Made by a program: the position numbers and the translations under genes. Under the pieces are notes generated by a model, which did no database searches, was not told the origin of the DNA, and saw only the letters and a list, made by a program, of their open reading frames with translations. This document shows, in pieces, positions 28,807-37,545 of a DNA stretch of 50,406 bases; the first letter of the stretch is position 1, and each line of letters starts with the position of its first letter. The stretch lies in assembly GCA_019058015.1 (NCBI GenBank), contig JAHLWH010000066.1, forward strand, positions 1 through 50,406, given 5' to 3'. The DNA comes from Promethearchaeota archaeon. Its GTDB lineage: Archaea; Asgardarchaeota; Lokiarchaeia; Sigyniarchaeales; SOKP01.

Positions 28807-30200
28807 AATAATTCATCTCCATTATGATTTACTAATTTTTTATAATTCTTATGGAAATCTTTTATAATATATAATAAATCATCTACTTTTAAGGGATTAA
28901 ATGATTTTTTTTCAATTTTTTGATATTTTTCAGCAATAATATTGGAAATGTACCATGAGGGGCTATTGGGTATATCAAAATCATCGAATTCCCACATTTT
29001 AATGATAAGATCGAAATTTTCATTTAACCAAATCCCAAATTTATCATCATTATCCCCTCCAAAATTTGTTAAATATGCTTCAGCTTTAGATAAATTGAAT
29101 TTCTTCTTAAAATTCAATATCCAATTCATTCTTTGTTTGAACGCCCATGTATAACTTAATATTGGTATAGCACCCGTACTTAATTCGTAAAATGGATGAT
29201 ATAAAGGATATCCATTGAAAATAAGTCTATTAGGTTCGATTTCATTCTTTAATTGCCAATTTAATACGAGTTCTGAAACTAAAGAAAATAGGGCAACCTC
29301 TTCTTCTTCAATTACAATTAATTCAATGTCATATTGGTTACTCACCTCTTTCAAGGTTTCAACACTTTCGGGTTCCATATTCCATTCCCATTGAGGCCTC
29401 ATCTCTATATCTGACAGAAGCTCTCCTTTATCTCGAAATTCTGGAGGTAGTCTTCCAATAGGAAGTAATTCCATTTCATTTTGAGATGATAACATCCTCA
29501 TTAAGCGTAGGACACTTAAATCAAGGAAGCCCTTCTTATATTTTTTCATTGGGGTAAAATTGGAGGTTTTTACAATAATAATGTTCTTTATTTTTCCAGT
29601 TTTAAGGATATTGTCATAATATTTAGGAATTCTTTCCGCAATATATTGCCAGATATAAATAAGAGGATCTGCAGGTAGATCAAATCCTCCTACCCAGTTT
29701 TTAAGATCTTCTAATATTTTCCAGTCATTTACAAATGTTTGGAACTTGGTAGGTAAAAAGGGGGCATTCATTATGCATGAGAGATAACCTGATATCCGGT
29801 GTGCAGTTCCCAAAATTACAGTTGGGCTATAGAGTAATTCTGGAATGTATTTTTTATAATAATTAATTACTTGTTCAGTAGCGATTTCTACATATTTTTC
29901 ACGTGCTAAGGGAAAATATGGTGTTAATTTAGCACAATCCGAAACTCCACCTAGATAAAATGCAAAAATCTTACTAATGTGCGGCTCTATCGTTCCACAA
30001 TTGAAAGTTCTAAAAATAGGAATTCCTTTCCAATTACCTTGCAATATGCAAAATTTATTTTCACATAAATAAGATTGTTTAAAAGCAGGTACAGCTGTTT
30101 TAAGGTCTATTGATATTTTAGGTCTAAATTTTACGAAATCATAATTAGGGATATCTATATCATCTTGAATGACATTTTCATTTTTTACATTTTTAGTCAT
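28803..30200 (-). CDS. Hypothetical protein (465 aa)
   Basis: Long ORF overlapping both neighbours. No family recognised. Confidence 0.75.
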   Translation of the reverse strand: MTKNVKNENVIQDDIDIPNYDFVKFRPKISIDLKTAVPAFKQSYLCENKFCILQGNWKGIPIFRTFNCGTIEPHISKIFAFYLGGVSDCAKLTPYFPLAREKYVEIATEQVINYYKKYIPELLYSPTVILGTAHRISGYLSCIMNAPFLPTKFQTFVNDWKILEDLKNWVGGFDLPADPLIYIWQYIAERIPKYYDNILKTGKIKNIIIVKTSNFTPMKKYKKGFLDLSVLRLMRMLSSQNEMELLPIGRLPPEFRDKGELLSDIEMRPQWEWNMEPESVETLKEVSNQYDIELIVIEEEEVALFSLVSELVLNWQLKNEIEPNRLIFNGYPLYHPFYELSTGAIPILSYTWAFKQRMNWILNFKKKFNLSKAEAYLTNFGGDNDDKFGIWLNENFDLIIKMWEFDDFDIPNSPSWYISNIIAEKYQKIEKKSFNPLKVDDLLYIIKDFHKNYKKLVNHNGDELF

Positions 30201-31608
30201 TGAAATCCCCTTTATAATTAACGTAATACTTTGACATTGCTAAAATAAAAAAAAAAATTAAAGCACCTAAATCCATCCATTGATAGAACAAATCTATAAT
30301 AATTATAGGAATTAAATAAAAAAGTATTTTTTCATCTAGATTGGGAAGACTTCTTATCATGGGTTTTAGATTTTCCAAAAATGATGAATCACCTTGCTTA
30401 AAAAGATAAAGAGAACATAATCCTAATAGAGCACAAGCTCTAAGAATTAATAAATTGGAGGATGACATCTTAATGAATATATTATAAGTTTTATCATCAT
30501 CTATTATTAGAGCGTACAGAGTTACAGCTAGAGCTGAGGCAGTTACTACTTCGGGAACTTCATCCTGTAATAATTGTTCTAAAAGCGATTTCACTTTTAG
30601 CTTAGCTTTCTCAATTTTTTTTTCCAATAATATGAATATCGTGCCATAGGCGGCTCCCATCCTTAAATTCCAATTTTTGTTAGTAATTAATTCCTTCAAT
30701 CTAATGATAAATTCTTCAGTTGAATTTAAAAGAGCTGTGTATATGATTGAAGCTGCTAAACGTGTCTCTGGATGAGAGTGTAAAAAATCCCCTAAAGCTT
30801 TTTTTGAGCTCGCTATTTTAAGTTCTTGTCCCAATTTGGGATTCGTTTTTTCAAAAAACTTACTCTTGAAATAGGCAGAAAAATGAACTCCCATTAAAAT
30901 TTCGCCATATTTAGTATCTCTATACCTTTCTGAATCAATTATTTGATGATGGGGGTGAGATAATAATGGTAATATAACAGCTATACCACGGCGGATGTTA
31001 TGATCCGGATCTTCAAAAAAACTGTGGAGTATAGAATCCCCAGCCGAAGGTGCTAAAGCTAAAACTCCTGCAGTTCTTTCAACTTCAATTTTGCTTTTTA
31101 AGAATCTCTGAAATTCTCTTCTTGTATATTTAGAATCATTTAAATAGGAAAAATTAAGATGTGGGAAAATAGTTAATTCCATTATTGCCCATACAATACA
31201 CGACATAATATGAGAGGATGTCATTCCCTCCAAAGATAAATCAAGTATTTCTTTAATCATGTTATTTATTTTAGAATAGAGAAAGGGTTCAGCCTCAATT
31301 GAAATCTGTAGAGGTAAATCATTTATATGGTTAATTATATTGAATATTTCAAATAATGGAGTAAATGGATTTCTAATTTTAGTGCTTTTCAATATTTTTT
31401 TATTCAAGGCTCTATTATCTTGAAATTCTATGGCTAAATAAATACCTTTTACATAATCCGTTGATGCATTTGTAATCTCATCCATGTTGTTTTTTTTTAA
31501 TATCCCCTCAGTGAAACCAATAATAAATTGAATTAATGGATTACTATTATTCTTCAAGGATTTAATCATATCATTGATAGCTATTAAATATTTAAGTGCA
31601 TTTGACAA
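30193..31608 (-). CDS. HEAT/PBS-lyase-like repeat protein
   Basis: Repeats DPDHNIRRGIAVIL, HPETRLAASII, NWNLRMGAAYG, DEVPEVVTASALAV and NLLILRACALLGL, plus a hydrophobic C-terminus. Confidence 0.65.
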   Translation of the reverse strand: MSNALKYLIAINDMIKSLKNNSNPLIQFIIGFTEGILKKNNMDEITNASTDYVKGIYLAIEFQDNRALNKKILKSTKIRNPFTPLFEIFNIINHINDLPLQISIEAEPFLYSKINNMIKEILDLSLEGMTSSHIMSCIVWAIMELTIFPHLNFSYLNDSKYTRREFQRFLKSKIEVERTAGVLALAPSAGDSILHSFFEDPDHNIRRGIAVILPLLSHPHHQIIDSERYRDTKYGEILMGVHFSAYFKSKFFEKTNPKLGQELKIASSKKALGDFLHSHPETRLAASIIYTALLNSTEEFIIRLKELITNKNWNLRMGAAYGTIFILLEKKIEKAKLKVKSLLEQLLQDEVPEVVTASALAVTLYALIIDDDKTYNIFIKMSSSNLLILRACALLGLCSLYLFKQGDSSFLENLKPMIRSLPNLDEKILFYLIPIIIIDLFYQWMDLGALIFFFILAMSKYYVNYKGDFND

Positions 31609-31616
31609 TTTTCTGA

Positions 31617-31916
31617 TTAATCCTCGCTAATTCCTTGTTTTAATAAATAGATTTTCAAATACATATTTTGTTGCTTCTTACCCATATTAAATCGTTTATT
31701 CATTTCCTCAATGAATTTAATATATAGAGGATATCTTAGTGGATTTACATAAGACAGTTTATATATAATTTTAGCCCATACTATTCTCACTCTCCATGGC
31801 ATCCATATTAATGAGATAAAACTAATTGCAGTTCCCATTATTCTAATTAAGGAATATACAATAAATACCCTTAAATTAGTAGAAAAACCATTTTTTTGAG
31901 AGGAATTATTGCTCAT
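31617..31916 (-). CDS. Small hypothetical membrane-associated protein
   Basis: 99 aa with one hydrophobic segment, tightly packed in the cluster. Confidence 0.65.
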   Translation of the reverse strand: MSNNSSQKNGFSTNLRVFIVYSLIRIMGTAISFISLIWMPWRVRIVWAKIIYKLSYVNPLRYPLYIKFIEEMNKRFNMGKKQQNMYLKIYLLKQGISED

Positions 31917-31934
31917 TTTTTTGTATTTTACCCC

Positions 31935-32966
31935 TTAGAGTGATTTCGCCCTATTTAATAAAATATTTAATACTTCTAGAGCATTCTTATCATTTTCAGC
32001 TTTCACTTGAGATGCTTTTTCAAAAGCTTCTTGAGCATACTTCAAGTAGGTGTTTTCATTAGAAATAATATCAAGTAGAGCATTTGAAATATCAAGAGGA
32101 TCATTAAATTTTGGATTTTTTATAGCAAAAGGAATGGCTGAAGATCCTATTGTAGGAATTCCCATAATCATATGCTCTAATAAAATATATGATAGGGTTT
32201 CTGTATAAGAAACTTGCATTCCTATTGTCATTTCCGATACAAGTTTAAGTAATTCTTGGTTCGGACAGGAATCATGCCATATTGTTTTGTATTTAAACAT
32301 TTCTGATATTCGTTTAATGAATGTGTAAACATTTGACTTAAGATTATTAGGTTTTAATAAATGTAATTCAAGCGCAGCATATTTATTGGCGATAGATAAG
32401 GCTGTCATTTGAGTTGGAATGTTTTTAAAGGGAATTAGACTACAAAACACACTGATTTTAAACGGTCTATTAGAATATCTCTTTTCCATCTCATATATAG
32501 AAGGGGATTTTAAATCTAAATTATCGAATTTTTCTATTGTAGGATTATATGTATTTGGCAAGTAATAAATCGGTAAATCTAAATAAGTTCTAAATCCTTC
32601 TACTTGAGCTAAATCAGGATTACACATGCTCCAATTGTCATATTTCATATTTAAATAATCAAATGTGCGATTAAAAGCTCCCTCTTCCACTTGTAAAAAA
32701 GCTATTGTAGAATGAATTGCTAAAGTTGTTTCTTTACCTTGTTCTAATATTTTTTTTAGTGTATCTTTAGAAAAAGAGGGGCCATGAAGCATGATTACAT
32801 AAGCATCTTCACTTTTTATAGCATGTAACAGTTCGGAATCATTTTTATATGGAATTATTTTGTATGAAATTCTATAGTGGCTCATTAAGCGAGATAAATG
32901 TCCAACTGAAACAGTAACCCCCGTTTCTATTCCATAATCGCAATATAATAGTAAAAAATCAATCAC
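31935..32966 (-). CDS. GT4 (GT-B fold) glycosyltransferase
   Basis: FKNIP and the E-x7-E motif SYTETLSYILLEHMIMGIPTIGS. Confidence 0.78.
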   Translation of the reverse strand: MIDFLLLYCDYGIETGVTVSVGHLSRLMSHYRISYKIIPYKNDSELLHAIKSEDAYVIMLHGPSFSKDTLKKILEQGKETTLAIHSTIAFLQVEEGAFNRTFDYLNMKYDNWSMCNPDLAQVEGFRTYLDLPIYYLPNTYNPTIEKFDNLDLKSPSIYEMEKRYSNRPFKISVFCSLIPFKNIPTQMTALSIANKYAALELHLLKPNNLKSNVYTFIKRISEMFKYKTIWHDSCPNQELLKLVSEMTIGMQVSYTETLSYILLEHMIMGIPTIGSSAIPFAIKNPKFNDPLDISNALLDIISNENTYLKYAQEAFEKASQVKAENDKNALEVLNILLNRAKSL

Positions 32967-33720
32967 ATTTTATCATCTTCATTATTTCTTGAATATCAAA
33001 ATCAGGTAAATGCTTTTTTATATGTTTAATCCCAATCATTACTTTATCAGAAAACCATTTATTTGCTAATTTCTTATATTCTTCTTTACCTTTTAGTGGT
33101 AAAAAATAGCATCTTAGATATAAATTATGAAATTGTCCACCACCTTGACAGATAGGCTGAGATTCAACGAGTATTTGGTTTAGACTGTATTTTTTACTGA
33201 GCTCTTTCAAATATAATTCGGAGGGAATTATCTCATTATAAATAGGAGTGATGTATTCAATATCAAATATTTTATATAAATTAAAGACTTTTTTTATGAT
33301 CCATGGTTGCTGAAATAAATCAAATCCCGTAATCTTGTTACAACCATCTGATAGAGATTGAATATTATTTTTGAGGCAATAAATTATAGAATGGATATGA
33401 TGAGAGAGTCTACATGCTGGACAGAAAGTAGATACATAAAAGGTTCTATATCTTTTTAAATTAGAAAAATAATTTGTTTGAAAAATTTCTTTTAATAAAT
33501 CTTGCGTATTTATAAAGTTTCGAGTAAAATTTATTCGATCTCTGAATAAGTTTCTTAATCTTTTGTAATTTATCAAAACTTTCTCTAATTTATCCATTAG
33601 ATCAGTCTTAAATGTTAAAAAATGGAGATCATCAAATGCAAGATCCTCTATTAATCGAATCGCTGTGAGTGTAGAATCCCTACCTCCTGTAAATTGAATA
33701 ACACAACTCCTATTGGCCAA
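32959..33720 (-). CDS. PP-loop (adenine nucleotide alpha-hydrolase) family protein
   Basis: N-terminal FTGGRDS PP-loop, CPACR, and SDG...FQQP. TTG start preceded by GGAGGA. Confidence 0.68.
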   Translation of the reverse strand: MANRSCVIQFTGGRDSTLTAIRLIEDLAFDDLHFLTFKTDLMDKLEKVLINYKRLRNLFRDRINFTRNFINTQDLLKEIFQTNYFSNLKRYRTFYVSTFCPACRLSHHIHSIIYCLKNNIQSLSDGCNKITGFDLFQQPWIIKKVFNLYKIFDIEYITPIYNEIIPSELYLKELSKKYSLNQILVESQPICQGGGQFHNLYLRCYFLPLKGKEEYKKLANKWFSDKVMIGIKHIKKHLPDFDIQEIMKMIKCD

Positions 33721-34004
33721 TAAAAATGAGTCCTCCTTTCAATTTAGGTGAAAAAATTCGAATTTTTAATGTTGTGTATAAATTCTTAATATTTTTAAAA
33801 TTTTATGAGTTTGATTAAAATGATATTTAAGTGAATACACAAAATTTTGTGATAAATAATTCATCCAGCAATAAAAATTTCGTGACTCTACTTGAAACTT
33901 CTTAAATTAATTTCCATGTATTTGCTAAAATTCTTACGCACCTAACCGAAATGAATTTCTTTTTCGTTCTCAAATCATCAAGTGCAGAGAGAAATTTTTA
34001 AGAA

Positions 34005-34200
34005 ATAAATATAAATCTAGTCTGAGCCAGATTTTATCGTATTTGTGGGAGTTTAAAGTACTTTTTACCGCATCTTTAATTTTATGCATAGTTCAATCGA
34101 TTTTATCCCTATCATTACCATTGTTTCTAGGTCCCTTGGTCGATATTATAACAAATCTAAACATTCCACTTGAGAATCTTGCGCTAATTTTTATCTAAAT
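34005..34200 (+). pseudogene. Decayed 5' fragment of an ABC exporter, right flank
   Basis: Reads KYKSSLSQILSYLWEFKVLFTASLILCIVQSILSLSLPLFLGPLVDIITNLNIPLENLALIFI*. Homologous to 20565..20750. Confidence 0.65.
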
Positions 34201-34515
34201 ATTTTTCCTACAGATGCTAACAGGCACATTATAGATAATAATATAATCTAAAAAAAAGTAATGTCTTTATTATAAATTAAATTTTTAGGTAATAATGTCA
34301 TTCCCTTGATAATTATAAAATGATTTAAAAATTCTACAACCATTTTTTAAAGAACACAGTTTATAGACTCCTTCAAAAAAGAAAAATATGATGAAGAAGG
34401 AAAAACATTAAAAGAAATATGCCGAATAGGACCTTATGATTTGGATCGTAGAAGAGGAGGATTTGAGGATTTATTTTAAATTTTAAAAATTTTTTAAAAA
34501 AAAAGAATTAGAAAT

Positions 34516-34779
34516 ATGGCAAAAGAAGAATTGACTAACAATATTAAACATTTCCAAAAACAAATTGATAAATACATATTAATTAGAGAAAATAAGGCTC
34601 AGTTTAATAAAGATAAAGCATATCATTGTAAAAATTTAAAAAAGTTATTAGAGGAATCTCCCAAATTTATTAAACATTTAAATGAAGAATATAAAGAAAA
34701 ATTGACCATATTAAACTTTTTTTATGTAGATAAGTGTTTGCGGCCAGTTATTAAGGTCGACCCCAGAAAATATGGATAA
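34516..34779 (+). CDS. Hypothetical protein
   Basis: 87-aa ORF with an ATG start. No family recognised. Confidence 0.45.
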   Translation: MAKEELTNNIKHFQKQIDKYILIRENKAQFNKDKAYHCKNLKKLLEESPKFIKHLNEEYKEKLTILNFFYVDKCLRPVIKVDPRKYG

Positions 34780-34948
34780 TTTATTTGTCCTAATAAGACT
34801 TTGGGGATTTTTTTATTAAAAATTCAATTTATTTTCATTTATTAAAATTGTTCTTAAGAACAACATTTAATTTTTTTAGTAAACTTGAGTACATAATCTT
34901 ATAATCAAATAAATTAATAAAAAAAATAAAAAACAAATGTGAAATATA

Positions 34949-36208
34949 ATGGGGAAATTAGCTAGAAAAGTCGCTCTTGTTGGAGCGGGTACGAGTAAAT
35001 TCGGTCAAACCTTTCCATTAAGGCGAATCCCTGAACACTGGACTGATGCTTGGTTAAATGCTGTTGCAACTGTAGATAATGGAATCGAACCTAAAGATAT
35101 TGAAGCATGTTATGTTGGAAATTATTCGGCTGATTTATTTAATCATCAAGGTCATTTGGGTCCAATGATATCATCTCTTGTCGGTTTAAATCCAAAACCA
35201 GCACCAAGATTTGAAGGAGCGTGTGCAAGTAGTGGAATAGCTATGAGACAAGCGTTAATAACAATCGCTTCTGGATTAATGGATGTGATTTGTGTTTGCG
35301 GGATTGAAGTAATGACTGAAGTTCCGACGGTGGGTGTAACTGACGCGCTTGCAACAGCTTCAGATGTAACTTTTGAATATACAGCTGGTGCAACTTTTCC
35401 GGGTTTATATGCGGCCATTGCTTCAGCACACATGCATAAATATGGAACCACTCATGAAGATCTGATGAGAGTTGCCATAAAAAATCACATTAATGGCAAA
35501 GAGAATCCTTATGCACAAATGCAAAGAAGCATTAAAGACCTAATGGAAAGAAAAATAGCAAAAGTAAAAGGAGCTGGAGGAGAAGTTCCTGATTGGAAGG
35601 ATGAATTTGATTATTTAAAAAGCCCTTCTAACCCTCCAATTGCATGGCCTCTTCATTTATTTGACTGTTCTTTAGTAACAGATGGTGCCGCTTGCCTTTT
35701 TCTGGCATCTGAAGATGTAGCTAAGAAGTTTACGGATACTCCAATTTGGATTACTGGGACTGGTCAAGGAAGCGCTGCAATAGCAATGCATGATCGAACC
35801 ACATTAACAGCATTAGAAGCCACTGTTGAAGCTTCAAGGCAAGCCTATCAAATGTCTGGCAGAGGTCCAAAAGATATGCAGATTGCTGAAGTTCATGATT
35901 GTTTTACAATTGCAGAGATTTGCGCAATGGAAGATTTAGGTTTTTATGAGAAAGGGAAAGCGGTTGAAGCTATAAAAAATAAAGACACTTATAGGGATGG
36001 TGCTAAACCTATAAATACTTCCGGAGGTCTAAAAAGTAAAGGGCATCCAGTAGGAGCAACAGGTGCTGCACAAGCCGTTGAAATATTTAAACAAATGAGA
36101 GGTATAGCAGAACGCGATAGACAAATGAAATTCGATGTAGAAATTGCAATGACACATAATTTGGGAGGCTCAGGAGGAACTTGTGTTGTTCAAATCTATG
36201 AAAAATAA
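34949..36208 (+). CDS. Thiolase (archaeal / SCP-x type acetyl-CoA acyltransferase)
   Basis: EGACASSG, DCSLVTDGA, AEVHDCF, NTSGGLKSKGHPVGATG and HNLGG. Confidence 0.95.
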   Translation: MGKLARKVALVGAGTSKFGQTFPLRRIPEHWTDAWLNAVATVDNGIEPKDIEACYVGNYSADLFNHQGHLGPMISSLVGLNPKPAPRFEGACASSGIAMRQALITIASGLMDVICVCGIEVMTEVPTVGVTDALATASDVTFEYTAGATFPGLYAAIASAHMHKYGTTHEDLMRVAIKNHINGKENPYAQMQRSIKDLMERKIAKVKGAGGEVPDWKDEFDYLKSPSNPPIAWPLHLFDCSLVTDGAACLFLASEDVAKKFTDTPIWITGTGQGSAAIAMHDRTTLTALEATVEASRQAYQMSGRGPKDMQIAEVHDCFTIAEICAMEDLGFYEKGKAVEAIKNKDTYRDGAKPINTSGGLKSKGHPVGATGAAQAVEIFKQMRGIAERDRQMKFDVEIAMTHNLGGSGGTCVVQIYEK

Positions 36209-36222
36209 AAGTGGGTAATAAA

Positions 36223-36642
36223 ATGAGTGAAAATGAAATAACGATTAATAATTATTTGAAATATCTTTCAGAAAGAAAATTAATGGGGTCCAAATGTAAA
36301 AAATGTGGTCAAGTTGACGTTCCCGCCAGAAAATTATGCAGTAAATGCATAAAACCTGCAACTGAATGGACAGAAATGTCCGGAAAAGGAAAATTAGCCG
36401 CGTTTTCAAGCATTAATGTAGGAACACCATATTTTGTGAAAAAAGGATATGATAGAAAAAAACCCTATGTTTTTAGTGTTATTGCGCTAGATGAAGGACC
36501 CATGGTCTCCGCACAATTAGTCGGTGTTGATGAATCCCATCCAGAAACCATTAAAGTTGGGATGCTTGTAAAAGTTAAATTTCTAAAAGTAGAAGTAGAA
36601 GGGCTTCCTGAAAAAGTTGATTTAGGATTTGAACCTGCATGA
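36223..36642 (+). CDS. DUF35 zinc-ribbon/OB-fold protein (thiolase partner)
   Basis: CKKCG...CSKC, GKGKL and LDEGP, directly after the thiolase gene. Confidence 0.9.
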   Translation: MSENEITINNYLKYLSERKLMGSKCKKCGQVDVPARKLCSKCIKPATEWTEMSGKGKLAAFSSINVGTPYFVKKGYDRKKPYVFSVIALDEGPMVSAQLVGVDESHPETIKVGMLVKVKFLKVEVEGLPEKVDLGFEPA

Positions 36643-36702
36643 AATCTTAGAAAACCAAAAATATATTTAAAATTATAATTTTCTTTCTATTTTTATTATC
36701 TG

Positions 36703-37389
36703 ATGAATTTGAAACTAAAATCGAACTTATCCAGAGTTTTTCAAGAGCTTTCAGAAATATTTGGTATTATAAAAGAGGATTGTTTAAATATTTCCGATAA
36801 AACTAGCAAAAAATCTAAAAAACTAAATAGATGGCTTGAAATGCTCAACAATTTTTTATTGAAACATGAAAATATCCAATTAAATCTGAAACCTTCACTT
36901 GAAAAGAAATTTTCTATTAAATTTAAAAATCCTAATTTGATTACGTTAGCTCTATTTAGACCAAGCACTAAAAATATCTTCAAGGAATTGGATATTTATT
37001 TCCAAGAAGAACATCCTAATTTTCTTAATATCGAAAAATTGGCGTATATGTCGAATCTTGGTAATATTGCTGAGGGTCTAGCTCTACTTGGAGATTCTGC
37101 TTTAGATTTAACAGTATCACATACTCTCTGGGAAGAAGGAATAACAGATAAAGGAACAATAACTCTAGAGAAAGCACAAATGGTTCAGAATTTAAATCTT
37201 GCAAAATATTGTGATGATTTAGATTTATATCATAATAGAATTCATATGGAATTAAATGTAAATGATACTAAACTCGAAACTATTAATCATATAAAAGCAA
37301 CTTTGGTAGAAGCAATAATAGGAATAATTTATTTGGAAAAAGGGGTGCAAGGGGTAATTAAATTTTTAAAAAAAATAAAAGAAAACTAA
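36703..37389 (+). CDS. Ribonuclease III-domain protein without dsRBD (Mini-III-like)
   Basis: LEKKFSIKFKNPNLITLALFRPS, signature-like EGLALLGDSALDL and ATLVEAIIGIIYLEKG. The protein ends right after the nuclease domain. Confidence 0.75.
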   Translation: MNLKLKSNLSRVFQELSEIFGIIKEDCLNISDKTSKKSKKLNRWLEMLNNFLLKHENIQLNLKPSLEKKFSIKFKNPNLITLALFRPSTKNIFKELDIYFQEEHPNFLNIEKLAYMSNLGNIAEGLALLGDSALDLTVSHTLWEEGITDKGTITLEKAQMVQNLNLAKYCDDLDLYHNRIHMELNVNDTKLETINHIKATLVEAIIGIIYLEKGVQGVIKFLKKIKEN

Positions 37390-37545
37390 ATTTAAATAAA
37401 TTGTAAATTTTTACCTATGGATTGCGTACTTTTCTCTCTTTTCCTTATCTAATTTTTAATATCTTTTCTTAATTGTTTAAATAATAAAGATTTATTAGGA
37501 AAAAAAAGAAATATTATCAACTTAAAAAAAAAAAGTTGATCTTTT

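Noticed and set aside
34351-34479. Startless coding-like fragment (RTQFIDSFKKEKYDEEGK...GGFEDLF*)
   Set aside because: No start codon before most of the frame and no recognisable family.
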